Positions 1 to 7,848 of a stretch of DNA of 64,000 nucleotides are shown one piece after another. Position 1 is the first letter of the stretch. Each line of letters opens with the position of its first letter. This DNA comes from Minisyncoccia bacterium (lineage in GTDB: Bacteria; Patescibacteriota; Minisyncoccia; Phycocordibacterales; UBA9973), in contig JBAQFO010000012.1 in the NCBI GenBank assembly GCA_049287305.1, positions 89,768 to 153,767 of the forward strand, given 5' to 3'. The notes under the pieces were generated by a model that was not told the DNA's origin, did not search any database, and was given only the letters and a program-made list of their open reading frames with translations. Made by a program: the position numbers and the translations under genes.

Positions 1-42
1 TATCCTCTTATTCTTAAAATTGAAAAAATTCAAAAAGGGATT

Positions 43-390
43 TTGCCTAATATCTTAGAGGATATAAAAACAAATTTCGGTTTGGATTATTTTGAAGGCT
101 CCAAGGAAGAGTATATAAGTCAAATCAAACGCAGACTGGAAATTATAAAAGAAGCTCGTTCACTAAAGCAGGTAACTGCACATGATTTAGAGTACCGAAT
201 CAACAACACCTTAAGAATTTTGGACAAAAAAAGTTTAGGCAAAATTAATGATCCTCTTGCTCATTACCTAAAAGACGACAGGGCTAGGTCATATGTTTAT
301 CAGTTGTTTACAAAGATACAGTTGTTAAAACCTTTCAAAATAGACCCTTATCTCGTGTATGATGCAGGTCATAGAAGTAAAGTGAGGTAG
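43..390 (+). CDS. hypothetical protein; frame is open upstream to nt 1, so this may be the 3' part of a longer gene
   Basis: ORF track 43..390 with a TTG start. The same frame has no stop back to the window edge. Codon usage is AT-rich like the rest of the window, and I see no recognisable motif. Confidence 0.3.
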   Translation: MPNILEDIKTNFGLDYFEGSKEEYISQIKRRLEIIKEARSLKQVTAHDLEYRINNTLRILDKKSLGKINDPLAHYLKDDRARSYVYQLFTKIQLLKPFKIDPYLVYDAGHRSKVR

Positions 391-652
391 ACCTAGGCGG
401 GTTAGGGTCTGAGACTAGAATTTTGGTATAATTCGGAGTATGAAAACTAAGATTCGGGGGGTGATGCAATTACAAGCTTTGATGGTAAAGATTTAACTTG
501 GTTTTTTGCTGGGTTATGTTCTCTTGTTTCAATTGGATATTTTATTTTTCAATATATTAAGAACAAAAACAATCCACTTTAGTTAAGTAAAGTGGAGAAG
601 TCGGGGGTGGTGGTTAGAGGTTGCAGGGGGAAGAGAAAACAAGCAAAACAGG

Positions 653-682
653 TACGTAATGTATTACGTAATACATTACGTA
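653..682. repeat. perfect 30-bp palindrome TACGTAATGTATTAC|GTAATACATTACGTA
   Basis: Read directly from the sequence: the second 15-mer is the exact reverse complement of the first. It is followed by an A-run and then AAGTTATGCAC. Confidence 0.85.
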
Positions 683-969
683 AACAAAAAAGTTATGCAC
701 CTTGGGCATGGCGCTTCGGACGTTTAAGCGTATAGTGGTGTTGAATAGGGGGGAAGCGTGGACATTACCTGTGACAACTGCACGAATAGCAAAATCGGCG
801 ACTTGCTGGTTTGGATCAACAATCTGTGGGGATTCTCTTGCTCTCTTTGTGTGGCAAGATACGAGGAGCAGGAGCGGGAGAAGGAAATCTACCGCAGAAA
901 GTTCGAGGTAAGAGTGAGATAACACCCCGACCAGTTCAGAGAAGGAGGAAGATGAATAGTGAACCCCGT

Positions 970-1011
970 GCGGGCGCGCTCGAAGTTGAGTGCGCCCGCT
1001 TTTCTATTTTT
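970..1011 (+). terminator. intrinsic terminator: GCGGGCGCGC stem, 12-nt loop, GCGCCCGC, then a TTTTCTATTTTT tract
   Basis: A perfect 8-bp GC stem (970-979 pairing 992-999) is followed by a T-rich tract. Only the + strand has the U-run. Confidence 0.7.
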
Positions 1012-1099
1012 AAGTTATGCACTTTTAGAAAGGGCGTGGGGAATTTTTGAGCGTATACTATTGGAGAAACACAGTTCTCTTCGGGAAGGAGGAAGACAA

Positions 1100-1342
1100 G
1101 TGTTAGAGTCTGTTATTGAAGTTTCCGGCTCTTCTTGCTCCTCCTGTCATAGGAGCTTGGAGATTGGAAAGATGGAATGGATTCCCAACGTGGGAGTCAT
1201 GTGTGATGGGTGTGTGAAGCATTACTGGGAGTGGCACAAGGAGTGGGCAGAAGTTCAACGACAGAGGATGATGGAAGATGAAGAATGGTCAGCAGAAGAA
1301 GTTGAAGTTGCTTCGCTTGAAGAGATGGCACTCGTCTCTTGA
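1100..1342 (+). CDS. small GC-rich protein with CSSC...CDGC (CxxC-x22-CxxC), putative zinc ribbon; hypothetical
   Basis: GTG at 1100 is in frame with ORF 959..1342 and is preceded by the SD GGAAGGAGG 8 nt upstream. GC content and GC3 are far above the window background. There is no homology call. Confidence 0.3.
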   Translation: MLESVIEVSGSSCSSCHRSLEIGKMEWIPNVGVMCDGCVKHYWEWHKEWAEVQRQRMMEDEEWSAEEVEVASLEEMALVS

Positions 1343-1699
1343 ACCGAAGGTCAGCCTCTCCATCCACGGCAGTCATGTGTCCATGCGGCAGGAGGCCGCT
1401 CTTTACTTGAGGCCGAGTTGGTAGTCACCCTGTGTTCGCCGAAAGCAGTTCTGCGCGGCGCCCTGGCTGACACGGGGAGAATGTGCGGGGGGATAGAAGA
1501 ATGAGATTACGGTTCGACATTTATTACCATTGTAGCCTCGGCAAGCCGTTGGCGACCATGGAGAAGATACGTCGATACTGTTCCGTCATTGAATGCCCGA
1601 ACCTCGGGCAACGCAAACGAAAGAAGGTGAAGGAAAACCATCGCAGTCTCGCCCGAGAGTAAAGTCTCGCGCCCCGCGAAGCGTGTCAAGCGTGTCCGC

Positions 1700-1728
1700 C
1701 TTTATTTCTGATTGGCATGTGGTATACT
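1700..1728 (+). promoter_or_regulatory. extended -10 promoter TGgTATACT for the ileS leader
   Basis: TGGTATACT at 1720-1728; the -35 is weak. Confidence 0.35.
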
Positions 1729-1734
1729 ACTTTT

Positions 1735-1954
1735 ACAGGCGTTCGAGGGGAGATCACCCCTTCGCCCCGCGAAGCGGGGCAGGCTTCGGGAAGAATTAAG
1801 TAGAACCCGACGGGCAAGCCCGTTATAGCCGTAATGAGAAACCCCGCTCGAAGCGGGTAAAAACAAAGGTGGTACCACGAGCAAAGAAACTCGTCCTTGT
1901 TCAGCAATTCAGTCAGTCTTTTGAATTGTTGTCCGAGGACGAGTTTTTTATTTT
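1735..1954 (+). promoter_or_regulatory. T-box riboswitch-like leader with intrinsic terminator, upstream of ileS
   Basis: AAAGGTGGTACCACGAG at 1865-1881 matches the T-box consensus AGGGTGGNACCGCG at 12 of 14 positions, including the UGGU bulge that pairs with tRNA ACCA. A terminator immediately downstream has arms AAACTCGTCC (1887-1896) and GGACGAGTTT (1937-1946), an inner helix CAATTC/GAATTG and a TTTTTTATTTT tract. GATCA in an upstream hairpin would give an AUC specifier followed by A. Confidence 0.5.
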
Positions 1955-2035
1955 GACAAGAGAGGAGCATATATAAAGTTATTTATATAATATCCGAACG
2001 GTGTCAAAATATTATACCCAGTTATATTTACGAAA

Positions 2036-2296
2036 ATGGACAAAAAAGAAAAAACCATAAAGTTTCTTGGAACGCTTGGCACAACCATAGCTATACTTAT
2101 GTTCGTTTCGCTTCTTGAAATCGCCCGAGCAAACATAAGAGGCGAGAGTCATATATTCATACAGCCGATTATGGTTACAATAAATTGTTTTACTTGGTCA
2201 TTGTATGCTTATCTTAAAAAAGAAAAGTTCGTATTTTGGGCAAATTTCCCAGGAGTCCTACTTGGAATTATTACAATAATAACAGCTTTTATATAA
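2036..2296 (+). CDS. small three-helix membrane protein with SemiSWEET-like topology
   Basis: 86 aa with three hydrophobic segments and Trp and Asn at SemiSWEET-like positions (FTWSLYAY, FWANFPG), but no PQ motif. The stop lies 2 nt before the ileS ATG. Confidence 0.35.
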   Translation: MDKKEKTIKFLGTLGTTIAILMFVSLLEIARANIRGESHIFIQPIMVTINCFTWSLYAYLKKEKFVFWANFPGVLLGIITIITAFI

Positions 2297-2298
2297 AT

Positions 2299-5200
2299 AT
2301 GAGTGAAGAAACAAAAAAAATCATAGAAAAATCTGACGCAGCCTTCCGCGAAGAGAAGGTTTTGGAATTTTGGAAAGATAATAAAATTTTCAACAAGACG
2401 CTGGAAGCAAGTGCCGGCAAGAAAGAATTTATTTTTTACGACGGTCCGCCTACTGCTAACGGCATGCCGGGGATTCACCACCTGATTCCGCAATCTTTTA
2501 AGGATGCTATTCCGCGATATAAAACAATGCGCGAGTTCCATGTCCGCAGAAAGGGGGGCTGGGATACTCACGGCCTTCCCGTTGAACTCTTGGTGGAAAA
2601 AGAACTGGGATTGAAATCAAAAAAAGAAATTGAGAGTTACGGTATTGCCGCCTTCAACCAAAAATGCAAAGAAAGTGTCTGGAAGCACGTGGATGTCTGG
2701 TATAAATACCGCGACCGAGTCGGATACTGGGTGGACAAGGATAATCCATACGTTACTTACCACAACGAATTCATTGAGTCGCTGTGGAGTGTGGTGAAAA
2801 AAATAAACGAACGCGGACTACTTTATAAAGATTATAAAGTAGTGCCATGGTGTCCGAGGTGCGGGACGGCGCTGTCTTCACATGAGCTTGCCCAAGGATA
2901 TGAGGACGTAAAAGATTTATCGGTGACGGCAAAATTCAAAGTTGTCGGACAAAACAATACTTATATCCTGGCATGGACGACGACTCCATGGACGCTTCCA
3001 GGGAATGTGGCACTCGCTGTTGGAGAAAATATTGATTATGTAAAGGTGAAAGTAGGAGCCGAGCTTTATATTTTAGCCAAAGCCCGACTTTCTATAATAA
3101 CCGAATCTTACGAGATAGTGGAAGAGATAAAAGGCGGAGGGCTGATTGGCTTGGAATATGAACCGCTGTTCCCATATTTCAAAAATACGATTTCCGAAAA
3201 TGAAAAACCAAAACTGGAAAAAGCCTTCCGGGTGCATAAAGCAAACTTTGTAACCACGGAAGACGGCACGGGGGTAGTGCATACCGCCGTAATGTATGGA
3301 CAGGACGACTTTGTGCTCGGGAACGAAGTCGGCTTGCCGAAACATCATATGGTAGGGCTGGATGGAAAATTCCTTCCCGGGACTGGCATATTTGAAAGGC
3401 GCTTTGTAAAAGACGAGGAAGTTGCCGTAGATATAATCAAAGATTTGGCTGGACGAGGGCTTCTTTTTAAAAAAGAAAAATACGAACACTCGTATCCGCA
3501 TTGCTGGCGATGCAAAACTCCGCTCATATACTACGCGAGAGATTCTTGGTATATCAAAATGTCTGACCCGAAAATAAAAGCCGAACTCATCAGCCAAAAC
3601 AAAGAAATAAATTGGGAGCCGGCGCATACCCGCGACGGACGTTTCGGCGAATGGCTTCGGGAGATAAAAGATTGGGCAATATCACGTGAGCGATATTGGG
3701 GAACACCGCTTCCGGTGTGGTCTTGCGAAACTTGCAAGAAAACCGAAGTGCTCGGGAGCATAGAAGATATAAAATCTAAAGCAAAAAAATCCGGAAATAA
3801 ATATTTGGTAATGCGGCACGGCGGAACTAATGCCAACAAGAAAGGACTTGTAAGCTATAAAAATGAGGCAAGCGACCACCTGACGGAAGAAGGGAAAAGG
3901 CAAGTCACGGCAAGCGCGGAGAAACTAAGTAGCCAAAAAATAGATTTAATTGTGGCGTCTCCCTTTGTTCGCACTAAAGAAACAGCATTAATAGTTAAAG
4001 ACAAATTTGGCCTCGGCGAAGACCAGGTTGTTTTTGACTCGCGCTTGGCGGAATTTGACCCTGGGGATTTTGACGGCAAAGAATGGAAAGATTATCACAG
4101 ATATATTGCTAGCTCAGGGTCTGGATGGTTCAATCAAACAATCCCGGGCGGAGAATCCCTCAAGGATGTGGGGGAGAGGACGGCGTCCCTCTTATATGAG
4201 ATTGAAAATAAGTTCAGTGGAAAAAATATTCTCATTGTTACCCATGGCGGACCGGCATGGCTTTTGTTCGTTAATTCTGGGTTGTTTATACCAGGAGGCG
4301 AGGCTTATAGGATTCCAAACGGAGAATCTTTCGTAAAAGAATTTCAACAGCTAAGGAATGCCGAGGTTAGAGAGTTACCGTTCGCGCCGTTGCCCCATAA
4401 TGAAAAATACGAATTGGATTTGCACAAACCTTATATTGATGAAGTAAAAATGGTTTGTTCCTGCGGAGGAGAACTTATCCGCACCAAAGAAGTCATGGAC
4501 GTGTGGTTTGACTCTGGTGCAATGCCTTTTGCTCAGGACCACTATCCGTTTGAAAATAAAAAATGGGTGGAAGGGCCCGGGTTCCCTGCGGATTTTATCG
4601 CGGAGGCCATAGACCAGACGCGCGGATGGTTCTATACGCTACATGCCGTCGGAATTTTGATGGGGCGAGGCAAGGCATATAAAAACGTGATTTGCTTAGG
4701 TCATTTACTAGACGCCAAAGGAAAGAAAATGTCCAAGTCTCTCGGCAACGTAGTGAATCCGTGGGAAGTAATGGATAAATATGGAGTGGACACATTACGC
4801 CTGTGGATGTATTCCATAAACCAGCCAGGGGAGTCAAAGAATTTTGACGAGAAAACGGTGGCGCTTCTCTCTCAGCAAGTTTTCGGACTGCTTTACAATG
4901 TGCTGGCCTTTTACGAACTTTACCGAGACAAAAGCTACGAAGATAACTCCAGACCAAGCTCTAAAAATATTTTGGACAAATGGATTCTCACCCGTCTTTT
5001 TGAATTAAGGAATGATGTAACAGCCAACATGGATAGTTATAAATTGTTGGAACCTGTGCGAGGAATGAGAGATTTCATCGGAGACCTTTCTACTTGGTAT
5101 TTAAGGCGGTCCCGAGAAAGAATAAAGGAAGGCGACTCGGAAGCGAAGGCCACTTTATATTTTGTGTTGAAGAGTCTAGCCAAGCTGATGGCTCCGTTCG

Positions 5201-5808
5201 CCCCTTTCGCTGCGGAAGACATCTGGTTAAAACTTAGAACAGACAAAGATAAAGAAAGTGTGCATTTGGAAAATTGGCCGACCGAATCCAATATTTTAGG
5301 CATTCTAATGCGACTACCCGGACAAATGCGCACCCTGGTCTACATGGATGAAGTAAGGAAAATAGTAACCCTGGGACTTGAGGCTAGGCAGAAAACCGGG
5401 ATAAAAGTCCGCCAGCCACTTGCCTCCATCAAGGTAAAGTTCGGGAAGCTTGGAGCGGAATACTTGGAATTAATAAAAGAAGAACTGAACGTGAAAGAAA
5501 TAATCTTTGATGATTCAATTTCAGAGGAAGTATTGCTGGATATAAGAATAGACGAAGAACTGAAAGCGGAAGGAAGCTATCGCGAACTTGTGCGGGCTCT
5601 TCAGGATATGAGGAAAAAATCAGGACTTACGCCGAGCGATGTCATAGCGCTTACCATTGCAACAAACGAAGACGGGAAAGCGTTGATTGAGAAATTCCAG
5701 GCGGACATGAAGAAAACAGTTCTTGTCTCAAATATAGAATTTGCTGAAAATGACGGGGAGAAAATAGTAGTTGATGAGTTGGTTTTCAGGGTTAAGATTG
5801 AGAAATAA
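2299..5808 (+). CDS. ileS: isoleucyl-tRNA synthetase (type-2, Thermus/eukaryote-like) carrying an inserted histidine-phosphatase domain
   Basis: The HIGH-class motif PTANGMPGIHH and the KMSKS motif are both present. The CP1 editing region (TTTPWTLPGN), WGTPLP and DVWFDSG are also there. The start is ATG 2299 (MSEETKK); the track ORF from 2236 is an upstream extension. Confidence 0.93.
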   Translation: MSEETKKIIEKSDAAFREEKVLEFWKDNKIFNKTLEASAGKKEFIFYDGPPTANGMPGIHHLIPQSFKDAIPRYKTMREFHVRRKGGWDTHGLPVELLVEKELGLKSKKEIESYGIAAFNQKCKESVWKHVDVWYKYRDRVGYWVDKDNPYVTYHNEFIESLWSVVKKINERGLLYKDYKVVPWCPRCGTALSSHELAQGYEDVKDLSVTAKFKVVGQNNTYILAWTTTPWTLPGNVALAVGENIDYVKVKVGAELYILAKARLSIITESYEIVEEIKGGGLIGLEYEPLFPYFKNTISENEKPKLEKAFRVHKANFVTTEDGTGVVHTAVMYGQDDFVLGNEVGLPKHHMVGLDGKFLPGTGIFERRFVKDEEVAVDIIKDLAGRGLLFKKEKYEHSYPHCWRCKTPLIYYARDSWYIKMSDPKIKAELISQNKEINWEPAHTRDGRFGEWLREIKDWAISRERYWGTPLPVWSCETCKKTEVLGSIEDIKSKAKKSGNKYLVMRHGGTNANKKGLVSYKNEASDHLTEEGKRQVTASAEKLSSQKIDLIVASPFVRTKETALIVKDKFGLGEDQVVFDSRLAEFDPGDFDGKEWKDYHRYIASSGSGWFNQTIPGGESLKDVGERTASLLYEIENKFSGKNILIVTHGGPAWLLFVNSGLFIPGGEAYRIPNGESFVKEFQQLRNAEVRELPFAPLPHNEKYELDLHKPYIDEVKMVCSCGGELIRTKEVMDVWFDSGAMPFAQDHYPFENKKWVEGPGFPADFIAEAIDQTRGWFYTLHAVGILMGRGKAYKNVICLGHLLDAKGKKMSKSLGNVVNPWEVMDKYGVDTLRLWMYSINQPGESKNFDEKTVALLSQQVFGLLYNVLAFYELYRDKSYEDNSRPSSKNILDKWILTRLFELRNDVTANMDSYKLLEPVRGMRDFIGDLSTWYLRRSRERIKEGDSEAKATLYFVLKSLAKLMAPFAPFAAEDIWLKLRTDKDKESVHLENWPTESNILGILMRLPGQMRTLVYMDEVRKIVTLGLEARQKTGIKVRQPLASIKVKFGKLGAEYLELIKEELNVKEIIFDDSISEEVLLDIRIDEELKAEGSYRELVRALQDMRKKSGLTPSDVIALTIATNEDGKALIEKFQADMKKTVLVSNIEFAENDGEKIVVDELVFRVKIEK
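3796..4410 (+). other. in-frame histidine phosphatase (PGAM/SixA-like) domain inserted in IleRS between the WGTPLPVW...KAKKSG and LDLHKPYIDEV segments
   Basis: The catalytic RHG is at 3814-3822 (LVMRHGGTNAN). Further PGAM-type segments are LTEEGKRQ, IVASPFVRTKETA, RLAEFDPGDFDG, PGGESLKDVGER and a second His motif ILIVTHGG (His near 4243). A Thermus-type IleRS has only about 40 aa between these flanking motifs. Confidence 0.7.
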
Positions 5809-5838
5809 AATTCTCGTTCTTGTCTTTAAAAAGAATAG

Positions 5839-5847
5839 TGGTATAAC
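5839..5847 (+). promoter_or_regulatory. extended -10 TGgTATAAC for the small GC-rich gene
   Basis: Read from the sequence. It is followed by GGAGG at 5854-5858 and ATG at 5866. Confidence 0.4.
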
Positions 5848-5865
5848 AAGACTGGAGGCCTAAGC

Positions 5866-6063
5866 ATGGTCAATTGCGAGAGCTGTCAGATGCGGTCGCT
5901 CAAGGAATGTGAACGGTGTGCAACCAATTTCCTCATGGAAAACAAGTGCACACCGGAAGGGGCTCCTGTTCAGGTGGAGCCCTTCGACGCACGCAACCGC
6001 CTTCGGTTCGACCCGAACATGTTCGTGTCGAACCGGAAGCGTCGCCAGCTCAATCCGTCCTAA
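5866..6063 (+). CDS. small GC-rich Cys-motif protein (CESC-x9-CERC), hypothetical
   Basis: The SD GGAGG sits 7 nt before the ATG and a terminator lies downstream. Codons are strongly GC-rich compared with ileS. The region also holds a 12-bp inverted repeat, CTTCGGTTCGAC...GTCGAACCGGAAG. Confidence 0.35.
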   Translation: MVNCESCQMRSLKECERCATNFLMENKCTPEGAPVQVEPFDARNRLRFDPNMFVSNRKRRQLNPS

Positions 6064-6086
6064 GTCCAGCATCCTCTGCTGGCAGA

Positions 6087-6132
6087 ATCCGTCGGGAGCG
6101 CACCTTCGTTGCGCCCGACGGATTTTAATTTT
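6087..6132 (+). terminator. intrinsic terminator: ATCCGTCGGG ... CCCGACGGAT with inner GCGCA/TGCGC, then TTTAATTTT
   Basis: A perfect 10-bp outer stem plus a 5-bp inner stem, followed by a T tract. Confidence 0.7.
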
Positions 6133-6148
6133 ATGGTAAAATATAGTT

Positions 6149-6790
6149 ATGAAGATCAAGAAACTTGGACACTCCTGCCTAGTAATTAATATTAACGGGG
6201 CTAAGATAATGTTGGACCCCGGCAAGTATTCTCTGTCTCAGGTTGAAGAAAGGGATATTGACATAATTCTAATCACGCACGAGCATAGTGATCATTGCCA
6301 CTTAGAATCTATTAAAAAGATATTGGAGAATAACCCACAAGCAGAAATAATTACCAACTTTTCGGTAGGGAAAATTCTGGAGAAAGAAAGTATTAACTAT
6401 GCAATGATTGAAGATGGGCAGAAGGTTGTAAGTCATGGTGTTACTATTATTGGTGTGGGGAAATTACACATAGAAGCACATCGTAGAATTCCTGTGGTTC
6501 CAAATACTGGTTTTATAATAAATGACAAGTTTTTTTACCCCGGGGATGCGTTGCACATACCAAAACATAAGGTAGAAGTTGTTGCCTTTCCTGTTGGCGG
6601 AGGATTTCTTAAAATCAGCGAAGTTGTTGAGTGGCTCGAAACACTTAAACCCAAAGTGGCTATTCCTGTGCATGATGGCCTACTAAACGAAGACGGTAAA
6701 AAAACTTTCTATAAAAATTACCAAAATATCCTTACAGGCACCGGAATTGAATTTAAGGCATTAGAAGTAAATAAAGAAGAAGAATTTTGA
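6149..6790 (+). CDS. MBL-fold metallo-hydrolase
   Basis: ITHEHSDH (the HxHxDH motif) and further His and Asp ligands downstream. Confidence 0.8.
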   Translation: MKIKKLGHSCLVININGAKIMLDPGKYSLSQVEERDIDIILITHEHSDHCHLESIKKILENNPQAEIITNFSVGKILEKESINYAMIEDGQKVVSHGVTIIGVGKLHIEAHRRIPVVPNTGFIINDKFFYPGDALHIPKHKVEVVAFPVGGGFLKISEVVEWLETLKPKVAIPVHDGLLNEDGKKTFYKNYQNILTGTGIEFKALEVNKEEEF

Positions 6791-6791
6791 T

Positions 6792-7238
6792 ATGCCCAAG
6801 GAAGTGATTAATTTTATTAATAGCCAATTTCTATCAGTCCTTTCCGTGGAGATGATGGATGGCTCTCCGCATGCGGCAACGGTGCACTTCGCGCTGTCGG
6901 AAGAGCCATTCATGTTTTTGTTTGAGACATATCGCCCATACAGGAAATGCGAGGCGCTTTTCGGACGCGAAATATCGCGGGCTTCGGTTGTCATAGGGTT
7001 TGACGAAAGCAACAGGAAAACTTTGCAAATGGACGGGGAAGTTAAGCTTTTAACCACGGACACGGAGATGATGCTTTTTAATAAAGTATATTTTAAAAAA
7101 TTCCCAAATAAAAAGGAAAAATCCAAGGACCCGAAATTTGTTTTCTTTGCGTTTGTTCCGAAATGGTGGCGGTATACCGACTGGGACCATTCGTCCGGGA
7201 AAATAATTCTTAGTTCTGAAGACGGACAGAAACAATAA
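6792..7238 (+). CDS. pyridoxamine 5'-phosphate oxidase-like FMN-binding split-barrel protein
   Basis: Size and residue pattern fit small PNPOx-like family proteins. The similarity is weak. Confidence 0.4.
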   Translation: MPKEVINFINSQFLSVLSVEMMDGSPHAATVHFALSEEPFMFLFETYRPYRKCEALFGREISRASVVIGFDESNRKTLQMDGEVKLLTTDTEMMLFNKVYFKKFPNKKEKSKDPKFVFFAFVPKWWRYTDWDHSSGKIILSSEDGQKQ

Positions 7239-7239
7239 A

Positions 7240-7821
7240 ATGCATCACATTTACCACACCGAGGGAATAATACTGGGAAGCAGGGCTCACGGAGAATCCG
7301 GGAAGTATTATTATATTTTCACCCGAGACTTGGGAATGGTATACGCTTCGGCGCAAGGAGTCCGCAAGATTTCTTCCAGACTTCGGTTTATTCTCCAGGA
7401 TTTTGCTTATTTAAAAATTGACCTGGTGCAAGGCAAGGATTTGTGGCGATTAACAAGTGCCCAGAAGACAAACATGCTGGAAAAAGTATCCAAAAACCCC
7501 GAAACATTCAGAGTATTTTTTAACATAGCTCGTCTTTTGAAAAGACTGCTGGCCGGAGTGGAGCCCAATATTCCTTTATTTTCAGACCTAATAAGCGGGC
7601 TTTCGGTTTTGGAAAAAACTACCAAACTCGAAGATTTACGGAATATTGAAGCTGTCATAGTTTTACGGGTGCTTCACAACTTAGGCTACATCGGGGACGA
7701 TAAATTACTGGGGAATCTCGTGCAGTCTCCGTTTGAGGAAGAATTAATTTATAAAGTTTCAAAAAACAGGCCCGAAGTGCTGGAACAGATAAATAAAGCG
7801 CTAAAAGAAACTCATCTGTAA
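7240..7821 (+). CDS. recO: DNA repair protein RecO (short form)
   Basis: The N-terminal OB-fold pattern EGIILGSRAHGESGKYYYIFTRDLGMVYASAQGVRK matches RecO. Confidence 0.65.
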   Translation: MHHIYHTEGIILGSRAHGESGKYYYIFTRDLGMVYASAQGVRKISSRLRFILQDFAYLKIDLVQGKDLWRLTSAQKTNMLEKVSKNPETFRVFFNIARLLKRLLAGVEPNIPLFSDLISGLSVLEKTTKLEDLRNIEAVIVLRVLHNLGYIGDDKLLGNLVQSPFEEELIYKVSKNRPEVLEQINKALKETHL

Positions 7822-7848
7822 AGCGTAAAGTATGGTATAATTCCCTTT

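Noticed and set aside
740-1011. Known small RNAs (SRP RNA, tmRNA, RNase P RNA, 6S) for the GC-rich candidate transcript
   Set aside because: I could not find the signature strings by eye: the SRP domain IV GGAA/AGCAGCC symmetry, the tmRNA acceptor/T-arm ending CCA with tag ORF, or RNase P GGAAAGTCCGG / ACAGAACCCGGCTTA. It stays an unassigned candidate rather than a called gene.
811-1050. ORFs 702..911, 811..1050, 1593..1799 and 1686..1970 in the GC-rich leader region
   Set aside because: Overlapping, low-complexity translations on both strands without start context. The region is better explained by structured RNA elements (hairpins, T-box).
3796-4410. Intein inside ileS
   Set aside because: The insertion lacks N-terminal Cys/Ser and C-terminal His-Asn with a following nucleophile splice junction. 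It has histidine-phosphatase motifs instead.
2209-5333. Several antisense ORFs inside ileS (for example 2209..2571, 3073..3627, 4595..4957)
   Set aside because: They are fully embedded opposite a clearly conserved aaRS coding sequence and have no start context or motifs, so they are shadow ORFs.
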